Shown here piece by piece: positions 51,001 through 60,475 of a stretch of DNA of 60,475 bases. Where the stretch lies: positions 1 through 60,475 of the forward strand of contig LWCA01000072.1 of assembly GCA_001642005.1 (NCBI GenBank), in the 5' to 3' direction. The notes under the pieces were generated by a model that was not told the origin of the DNA, did not search any database, and saw nothing but the letters and a program-made list of their open reading frames with translations. Positions within the stretch are counted from its first letter, which is position 1. Each line of letters opens with the position of its first letter. The position numbers were made by a program, and so were the translations under genes. This DNA comes from Intoshia linei. Its lineage: Eukaryota; Animalia; Orthonectida.

Positions 51001-54000
51001 AACAAACTGACAAATCGAACTCCCATGAATACTATCACAGTGAGAATGATTAAAATTGCAGATCCATATATTCTATAATCATTATCAATGGTAATATTTT
51101 TTTCCGGGTCCCAAAGTATGGCAATACTTGGCGAAATGTATTTCTAAAAATAAAAAATTACTGTTAATAAATAACGTTATAAAAAATGGTTAAACGCGAC
51201 TCTACACCAGTATGCGGCTCTTTTAATAATTTTTTGGAGCTTTTCAGAAATAAAAAAATTAAGCGTGTCAGTTTTTAAAACGTGGATAGTAGTTGTCATA
51301 TATTGGATTTAAAATTCTTTTATCTTAGATTCTAAACGCTATGTAAATTTTTTTAAAAAAGGAATAATCTGTGATTTTCACCGTAAAAATAAAAGTTTTA
51401 GAGTTGTTATTTATGATAATATTGATGATTTTAAAAATATACCAGAATTATCCTTACTTATATAATACGCTATACAATATTAGTTTGTGTGTGTAGTTGT
51501 TACTGTTTATTTCAATAAATACCAGTCTTAGAATTCTATAAAGTCCATATTTCCATCACAGTTTTTCCGGGGTGTTAGCAAAATAAATTTCAATCTCCCA
51601 AACTCATATCTTACAGGTAAAAAAGCCCAATTGTCAATTTTTTTGAAAATCAAACGAGTTGGAGAATTTAAAAAATATATACTCTGATACGGATTTTAAA
51701 ATGGCTTGTATTTATAGCGTCAGTATTTTAATCGGTAAAGTGTCAGTATTTTAAATAGTTTGTCAGTAACAATATTAAATTGTCAGTTTATATAATATCT
51801 TGTCAGTATTTTAGGTTTATTTTTTGTCAGTATTTTTTTACTGAAAATTTAATTTTTTTTAATGACAAAATATTATTTTATAAAATGTGTTTATTTCTAT
51901 ATACAAATTTCATAATTCCATGTACTTTAATTAAAGCAATTACAAACTGATAAATATGTAATTAAATAATGACAAAATATATTTTATTACTGACATTTTA
52001 ATATTTATACTGACAATTTTTGTTAAAAAAAAATATTGACAGTTTCGGTAATTAAATAACTGACAAATAAAATAGTTCTCTTTTAAAATCATCAATTTAA
52101 ATTTAAAAAAATATATCTTCAGGGCCAAAAACCTATTGTACCCTTTTTTTAATGAAAAAAGCCCTAGAATTTAAAAAACATCACAGTTGTATCATGTTAA
52201 CACACATAAAAAATTTCAATTCGAATAAGTGACGACTTCACGGTCAAAAAAGCATTTTAGTATTCATATATTTTTTTCTGTAAATATTTTATTAAAACAA
52301 AAAATATGAAATAATTAACGATCCGAAAATTTAAAAAAATATTATTCTGATAAAGCTTATTCCAGTTAATATAAATACAAAATTTCAATCCCATAAATCT
52401 ACGTATTCCCGGTGAAAAATAATTTTTAATATATTTTCAACCATTATTTTTTAAATATTTCGATTAACAAATAAATAAATTTCAAAAAAAATGTTCAATA
52501 AATATGGGTGAAAATCTATATAATTAATTCCTTCCGAATTTTTTTCATTGCTACGCAATTTTTAAATCTCAAATTCTCGTTTTCAAAACATTGTTTAAAG
52601 TTTAATTTAAAACTACCACAACTAATTACTAAAAGTAATACAAGTTTGTTATTATCATTTATATATGTATTACAATCCTTTGCAATATTGTTAAAATTCA
52701 CCAGAAATATGTTTATAAAGTGCTGATTCCGTTAATTATTGATACAGAATTGGTATTTTTAAGTATTCATTAAATTGGTACAAATTAAGGTGTTAAAATT
52801 TTTCTAAAATCCAGATCTAAAAAAAATCCAGGGTCGTAAGGCATGAGAAATGAGTTAAAACTAAACCTTACGATTTTAGTTTTTTATATTATTGCAAAAA
52901 CATCGGACTACTCAGCGATTTAAAATTACCCGTTTTAATTTGAAATTAACATTATTATTATTAATGTAAATAATTATTTATTTTAATAATTTATTATAAT
53001 TTTTAAGATGATTAACACTTTCACTTAATAATTCATCATCAATATACTTGACTGACGCTATTTCACGAAGGTATTGGATTCTGAGTATTCCACGTTCGGT
53101 CACTTCGTTTGTTAGAGCAACATTCAATGGAGGTATTGAAGGATAATTATGTTTTTTGTTTTAAAAAAATGTTAACACCTTAACCAGCATGTAATCTACC
53201 AAAAAGATGCAATTGTTGTCTATGTTTCTTAAAAAAACAATTCATGTTGAAAATCTAACTTAAAAATTCTACTATTCACTATTATCAATCCTTTAATGGA
53301 GGGGTTCCCAAACTTGTTTCAGGTGGAATCATCATATTACATTACTTTTTACTTTAAAGTGAATTATTCCATCTTAATTTTTTTGTTAACATTTGCGTAG
53401 ACTTAAAAACAATTGTTAGATTTTGATCGTGAATTTATTTTTTTGGTAGAATAAAAATGTGCTCTCGGTAAAGCTAGGTGTTGTTTCTACGTAGTACATA
53501 ACAGTCAACCTGGTAACTTATATTACTGTTAAATGCATTTAATTATATTTAATATTTCATTATTATTCCATATATACATAATATGTATTACATATAGTTG
53601 CAAACCACATCTTATTAATTTATAATTTATTTATTTATTTACAATTTGCCTTTAGTCATAATTAAATACATTAGATTATAAAGTAAGTTTTATACAAATG
53701 TATACGATTATCAAATTAATATTGATTATAATCAAATTAAAGTTTCACAGAAATATGTATTAAATATGTAAAAAATGATTTGTAAATAAAATGGCTAATA
53801 TTATAATTTAGATTCTAAATTTTAGACTCTAATATATTTAAATTTACCATATTGAACTTTTGTTTGTTTATTATGGCTAGATTATAATGTATAATTATGC
53901 GATTCCCAATTATGGAGTGTGCAAAACGTTATAACAAAATTTTTAACCCATATTTCTTTTTTTAAATATTAATATATTTATATTATATTTTTTTTCATGA

Positions 54001-56583
54001 TTTACTTATTCCACATTACAATTGAAGCATTAAGTATGCACTTATTCCATTATTGTTTATTATTTCATTTTATTAATTAATTAAAACTGTTGGTTTAATC
54101 ATAATTTTAGTAAAGATATTTTTATGTGTGGCCCGCGTAATAATTTTTTTGGTCACATTTAGTCCACCAAGCAAATTGAGTCTGACACCCCTGCTCATGA
54201 TTCATGACAATTACATACCAAATTTTAATTAATATCGGATTATTAATATCCAACTTATATTTTTGATCGAATCCAATTAGATATTTTAATAATACATTAC
54301 TGCCATATATCAATATCACATGTATAATAATTACCAATAAAATTTCTACTGAACCAACAATATACATTGAAGTGGCAAATGATGTACCAAGGTAAAATAA
54401 AATTCCTACAGCTGAACCAATAGCTGGACCAAGGGCTCTTGAAATCATAAAGTACGATCCGCCGCCAGCTACCATTCCGTTTGTAGCAATAGCGCTCATT
54501 GAAATGGCAGTAGTCAGAGTCTATAAATATATTATTAAATTTATTATTATAATATTAATGATTAATGAAACGAAATTATTTAATTTATTCAAATTAATAG
54601 TTTTGATATTGAATTATATTATTTAGAACAATATTAATTTGTAAAAAAATCTATAATATTCAACTAATAAAATATAAGAATACATACTACATGTATATAT
54701 TTTGGTATATTTATTTTTAATATCCCATTTTTATGATATTAAATAAATTGAATGTAATATTTGATTGCTAAAAATGTTTGTAACCATTTATTTAGCAAAC
54801 GTGAAAATTCCGGAAATTTCCAAAATTTCTGAATTTATATTAGTACAAGTAATAAATGCAAAAATAATGTACATTTTATATTGAACTATATATTATTAAT
54901 ACCGTATATTATACGGCATATATTATATGCCATATAACATTACATATTAAACATATTCTCATTTTTAATTTATATTTTATAAATTCCCGCTATCAATAAA
55001 TGCCGCAGGTTAATTTTTAAATCAATTCAATTAATTGATTTTTAATAAAAAAAAAAGTTATTAAGAATAGCTATAAATTAGCCTAAACTTAGGCCCTAAA
55101 GGGATATCACAAAGTATCATAACTAGCATTTTGTTTACTTTTTTATTAAAATGGCGTTAAACATTTATAGAAATTTTCATTTTTAGATTCAGTAGGTTAT
55201 CAAACGCTTGACAAAGTAGCAAACATGAAAATATTATTATAATTGAAATTATAAATGAAATGATTATTATAATTTAATTTTTACAGGTTGACCAGTGACC
55301 AATGTATTAATTTCAATATTTCATTAAAAATTTAAACAACATGGTTTATCAAAGATATTTAAAACAAAAAAAACAGCATAAAAATATACAATTGTACTTT
55401 GAAAATATTATTAATAAAAATACAATTCAAAAATATATAATGATTAAAATTAAATATACAACGCCACTAAGAACGTTAAAATGGCCTAATTTTTGGTATT
55501 AACAATTTCCAAACTTTAAATTTGGAACCGTTGTCTAGATATACACATTAATCCACGATTCTATATATATATATATTATAGCATTATAGCATATTATAAA
55601 TTATAAAATAAAATACAACCTTCAAAGTTTAAAGTTCAAACTCGTTTGTATAATAGGACAAGTATTTTAGTCGAGTGTCATAATTATCCAAGTTTGAATT
55701 AAAATTGTAAAACTTTAATTTATTTTGTACTAGCTTCTTAAAAATTTACTTTTTTAAGGTTGGCATTTATTATAATGCTTATGATTTTAAAAACTATCCT
55801 AGAATTTATGTTTTATAAAATTTTAAAACATGTTTCCTTTTTAAAACAAAGTGTACTTTATGGTTTTGAACACGAAGGTATGCGTTTCTGAGGCTGAGAT
55901 TTACGGCAATGTTAATGATTTTAAAATTCGTCTCAGAATGTATGTTTTATTGGATTTTTTGGATGATTCTTTTTTTAAGCAAAAAAGGGAATTGGGTTTT
56001 TGACCCTGAATAACTCAAATTCGGAAACTGAAAAATAGATATAAACAAGCTCTGAGAAAAAGTGTCTCAGCAATTGGGTTTTTTAAATTATGCGACTGTT
56101 ATTTTTTTAATAAACGGTAACACACATAAACATTCAAGTTTATATAAGTAAACGATTATTGAATATGTGATTTTTAAATGTAAAACCGTAAAGCAGCAAA
56201 GTATGACTACTCCAAAAGATTCGAAAATCCCTGCTACACCCACAATCCAGGTTAAACGGATAAATAGTATAACTCCAAATATATTCTGTAGACAAGGGAA
56301 ATATACACCGGCTATTGTTCCCAGTTTTTTCTAAAAAATGATAAAAAAGTAAATGATTGAAAATTACAATTTTTTTGACCGGTTTTAATGTGTTTTGAGG
56401 AATAGAACCTCCGGTATAATCTCTAATGGACGCCAGAGCGCGAGAAATTGATCGTCTGCCATTAAAAAGGCTTTCATTTTCGGAACGGATACTTTCATGT
56501 ACGCTCTCGGTATCACTCGATTCAACACAATTGTCTTGGTTAGATTCAATTTCCACATTGATCAATGATTCGGATTGTTGCAT
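45093..56583 (-). CDS. kcc: Potassium-chloride cotransporter (SLC12A4-7/KCC family), multi-exon
   Basis: [29 protein letters not shown]; [23 protein letters not shown]; [17 protein letters not shown]; [13 protein letters not shown]; NWRPQVLL; GTVDVWWI; C-terminus YMNFVEVLT...[11 protein letters not shown] with stop at 45093-45095. Confidence 0.95.
47103..47839. mobile_element. hAT (Charlie-type) MITE in a KCC intron
   Basis: TIR CAGTGGTTCCCAAA...TTTGGGCACCACTG; perfect 8-bp TSD GCCTAAGT at 47095-47102 and 47840-47847. Confidence 0.9.
47979..48527 (+). mobile_element. hAT MITE in a KCC intron
   Basis: CAGGGGTGTCAGAC...GTTGCCCATCCCTG; nTCTAGnn flanks CTCTAGAA/GTCTAGGG. Another end of this family lies at 54125-54193 (-). 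Confidence 0.8.
51703..52080. mobile_element. MULE/foldback-type MITE
   Basis: 9-bp TSD TTTTAAAAT at 51694-51702 and 52081-52089, single in uninterrupted Helitron copies; mirrored arrays of TGTCAGT/ACTGACA. Confidence 0.8.
52786..53182 (-). mobile_element. Short TIR element, hATm-like (alternatively Kolobok-like)
   Basis: TIR TAAGGTGTTAA(A/C)ATTTTT; minus-strand peptide [12 protein letters not shown] resembles the hATm C-terminal VxNDxAERG motif. Confidence 0.6.
55780..56155 (-). mobile_element. Helitron family B 5' portion
   Basis: Colinear with 4255-4607 (TGCGTTTCTGAGGCT, CTCAGAATGTATGTTT, CGGTAACACACA). Confidence 0.7.
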
Positions 56584-56589
56584 AGCTAA

Positions 56590-56640
56590 TTTGAATTTTG
56601 AAATTTGAAACTTGAAATTTGAAACTTGAAACTTAAACTT
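56590..56640. repeat. 7-bp tandem repeat (TTGAAA[C/T]), about 7 units, directly upstream of the KCC start codon
   Basis: ttgaattttgaaatttgaaacttgaaatttgaaacttgaaacttaaactt. Confidence 0.8.
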
Positions 56641-57926
56641 GTTTGAATCAAGACAAATTCAAAAATAAGAGACTAGTGTTAAAAATTGATACAATGCGTC
56701 AAAATGCAAAAAGAAAATGCTGCGATTAATAATGCAATTACCTCCCAATTATAATCCATAAAATATCGATAAACAATTTAGGTTGTGTCTAAAAACTGGC
56801 CATTTGTAGGAATAAATGTAGAGATCAATATTGAATTGTGGGATGTCAGATTGTGGTTTTAATGAACCAAATATATTAAATTAAGCTGTAATAATTTACA
56901 CAACCCGATTGAAATCTGGGTCACCTGTCAACATGAAAAAAATTGAAATGTTAATTGACATGTCGATTTAAAACAATTGCATGAATAACGCGATGAATAA
57001 TTTTTAAAATTGGTACAATCTTTGCATATGAAATGAAATAATTACACCTTTTCCCGAAGGTCATAAAATGTTAAATAAATAAATATTAAAATTACGTGAC
57101 TCGTCATTCATGTTTTTTTCATTGTTAAATGTAGACTTGTGTTTTTCCACAGTTTGAATTTGGAAACGTACCATTATACCTTTAATTTGGTTAGTAAAAC
57201 TAAATGATACATTAAGTAATATCGATCCAGGTCACTTAAACTTACTTGAACTTGAATTTAAATTCTAAATTTGACAAATCTAGGACGTTTTACTATAACA
57301 CCACAATGTTGCAAATAAGTAAATATAGCATTGTTTACTTTATAACCTATATAGTGTTGGTATATGGTCGTTATCAATTTTTCCATTTGATTAAAAATAT
57401 ACTTAAAAAAATCAATATTGTTACGGATATTAGCAATATACAGTATTTTTTTAATTAAAAAAATTATATTTCTCTATAGTTATCATTAAACTTATAGCTG
57501 CGGAAAATTAACACAATAATTTTCAATTTATTCAAATTTTTTAAATATTGCTTTATTAGCAAATGTTTATCAATTTTTATTTTATTAATTTGTCTAATTG
57601 AATTAAATTCATTCATATTAGTCTTTTGACTTTGTATGATTTTCTTTTGTAAACGCAATTTTTTAAATTCCCGTGAAAATATACTATACATTGATTTATT
57701 TATTTACTGTTAATTCTAATATATTTTTAATAATTATTTGTAGTATTAAATCAATTTCATCATAGATGTAAGAATTAGTTGCCCTGATCAGTAACACATT
57801 TTAGTGTTGTCATTATTTATACTTTAATAGTAAATACATTTTTTTGATTATATACATTTGTAATTTATTTTCATTATCAAGATAAACATTATTATTATTA
57901 CTTATATATATATAATATATAATATA

Positions 57927-58885
57927 TCCTAACTTATATAAAAGGCTACGCGATTTTGGTTTGTGTGTGTGTGACTTTATTGAAATAACTACCACTCTTA
58001 GAATTTTTTAAAGACCACATTTCAATTATTTTTTTCCGGGCGTATAATAAGATAAATTTTAATCTCCCAAGTTCACATCTTACGGGTCAAAAACCCCAGT
58101 TGTCCCTCTTTTTGAAAATCAAACGAGTTGGATAATTTAAAAAAATATATACGCTGATGCTGATTTTAAAATCATAAATATTATGATAAATTTAAATTTA
58201 AAAAAATTATGGCTTCCGGGCTAAAACCCCAAATTACCCTTCCTTTTTTTTGAAAACAGCCCTATAATTTCAAAAAATTTACAGGTGGTAGCGTTGTATC
58301 ATGTTGACACACATAAAAAATTTCAATCCGAATAAGTGACAACTTCACTGTCAAAAAAGCATTTTAGTATTCATATATTTTTTTTCCGAAATATTTTATT
58401 AAAACGAATATTGTGAAATAATTAACGGTTCGAAAATTAAAAAAAGAAGATTATTCTGATAGAGCTTATTCCAGTTGATATAAATACAAAATTTCAACCC
58501 CAAAAATCTGCGCATTCCGGGTGAAAAATAATTTAAATATAATTATCAACCAATATTTTTCAAATATTTCGATTAAAATCAAAAATGTACATATTGATCC
58601 TACAATTTCAAAAAAATGTGCATTGTACGTCTATACATTTCCAATAAAAATATATGGGTAAAAATCTATATAATTCATTCTTTCAGAATTTTTTTCATTG
58701 TTACGCAATTTTTAAATTTAAATAAGAAACTAAACAACTTTGTCAGTATCATTTTTATATTACAATCCTTTGCAATAATGGTAAAATTCGACTGAAATGT
58801 TTATAAAGTGAAGATTCAGTTAATTATTGATACACAATTGGTATTTTTAAGTATTTATTAAATTGGTACTGAATATATGTCATCA
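57927..58885 (+). mobile_element. Helitron family A 5' portion
   Basis: A|TCCTAACTTATATAAAAGGCTACGCG start; homology ends at TAGGGCAATT (58887). Confidence 0.85.
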
Positions 58886-59016
58886 CTAGGGCAATTAAAA
58901 GTTAATTTTTTATATGTTAATTAGCATCCAATTCTAAGCATGATCATTGATCATACCAATATTATGTTTATTAATTAGCTAATTAAAATTTTATAAAGTT
59001 AATAATGTCAAAATAG

Positions 59017-60475
59017 TGTAGAACGAGTTTATACGTAAAAGTTATATTTTAATTTAAGTGATTTAACACGATAATGAATATAAATAAACTTAATGTTGTG
59101 GTTACATTACACCTCCGTTAGGTTTCGGTGTTGTAGTCTTTGAGATATTTGGGTGTCTTGCGTGTTCGATAAGGTAGTTGGGTTTTGAATAAGATTGGTT
59201 GATTACTTTCATAATTTTGGAAGTTGTAAGATATTTTTTTTGGTATCGATTTATCGTAGTTTTTTTTTGTTCTTATATTATATTTTAATTGTTTTTTTTC
59301 GCTTGTTTAATAATATCGTAAAAATTTGATTTATTATAGTTTTTGAAAGGTATGTTCATAGGTCTGCCATAAACCATTTCGTATGGTGATTTCCCATGTT
59401 TAGACGTGGGTGTTTTCCGCATTGTCATTAAAATTTGAGGTAATTGTTCATGATAGTCATCAAAATTATGGTTTGCAGTAACTCATAATTTGTCTCTTAG
59501 AGTCCTGTTCATTCTTTCAACTAGACCAGTTCTTTGATGGTTATAGGGGGAACAATTAGTTTTATTAATGTTACACATAGTGCATATATGTTTTACAATT
59601 TCTGATTCAAAGTTTGTACCATTATCTGTGTGAATTTGTTTCGGGATACCGTGCAATGTTATTATATATTCCACAATAGCTCTAGCGACCGTAATAGCAT
59701 CGATATTCGATATTGCGATTGGATGAGGAAAACTTGTGTAGTAGTCCATCATGGATAGAATATATTTATGACCTTCAGTCGTTTCTGGAAGTGGACCCAA
59801 GATGTCCAGCTCCCATAAATCCTTAAATGAATTAATTGAGATAGGCTGTAGGGGTATGTTGTGTGTCCTTCTGCCAGATTTAGCTGTGTTGCATCGATGA
59901 CATTAAGATACAAAATCATGTACGTTTTTAAAAATGTTTTGCCAGTAGAAATGATTTGAAATCGTGTTGAATGTACCTTGTATTCCGGGATGAGTGCTAA
60001 AATTTGAGCTGTCGAACCATTTCATTATTTCTGATTTTTTTGATTCTGGAACAACTAATCTTTTCCTTTTTTTGTTAGTGTAAACAATTGCATTGTTGAT
60101 AATATTTTTGTAGATATGACTTTCAAGTAATTTGGTAAAGTTGGATATAGCCTCGAAAATCTCTTTGCATTGCTTGTTATTTTTCTGCTCTTATATTATA
60201 TCACTATTATTGTAATTGTGTATGTGTGTTGAGAAGATTTGTTCATATTCATCATTTTCATCATCCGTTGATTCAATATTTTCAATATCTCTGCTTAAAA
60301 TGTCTGCAATTTGGTTTTGTTCACCTGGTCTATATATTACTTCATAATCAAATTTATTTAATCGTTGGATCCATCTAAATTAATTGTTTGTAATGTTTTT
60401 AGATTCACCATTTAGAAGTTATATAAGTGGTTTATGGTCTGTTATAATCGTTGTCTTTTGACCAAGTATGAAATA
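59017..60475 (-). mobile_element. Ty3/gypsy retrotransposon 3' half (RNase H, integrase, PPT, putative 95-bp LTR); runs off the window
   Basis: ITDHKPL, NQIADILSR, THPGIQGT...CHRC, IHTDNGTNF, GLVERMNRTL, KSPYEMVYGRP. Purine-rich AACGGAGG precedes a TGTA...TACA segment at 59017-59111. Confidence 0.9.

Larger units (their letters stand above)
51451..53513 (+). mobile_element. Helitron family A copy with nested insertions and an internal inversion
   Basis: A|TCCTTACTTATATAAT start; hairpin and CTGG|T end. Confidence 0.75.

Noticed and set aside
51703-52080. CRISPR-like periodic repeat
   Set aside because: The motif is only 7 bp, mirrored, bounded by a 9-bp TSD, in a eukaryote with no cas genes; it is a MITE.

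Overview
Very AT-rich, intron-containing animal genomic DNA, not prokaryotic. Many introns are only about 30-55 bp, and the long ones are filled with transposons. The fast-evolving proteins and tiny introns suggest a reduced parasite such as an orthonectid; this is inference only. Seven host genes are supported: (1) a miniature twitchin/projectin-like Ig/FnIII muscle protein with a degenerate kinase domain (-, 2593-17229); (2, 3) two tandem RBM12-like RRM genes with single-exon CDSs (-); (4) OXA1 (-) and (5) COX11 (+), head-to-head with only 36 bp between predicted start codons; (6) a Cys-rich single-pass membrane protein (-) convergent on COX11; (7) a K-Cl cotransporter, SLC12/KCC (-, 45093-56583). 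The rest is a dense TE landscape: two non-autonomous Helitron families, hAT/hATm elements with 8-bp TSDs, a MULE-type foldback MITE, Tc1/pogo remnants and two Ty3/gypsy remnants with roughly 90-bp terminal repeats. Best leads are the OXA1-COX11 divergent pair, the mini-twitchin pseudokinase, and an intergenic structured Sm-class ncRNA candidate at about 18.93-19.07 kb. Exon boundaries were read by eye and are not transcript-validated.
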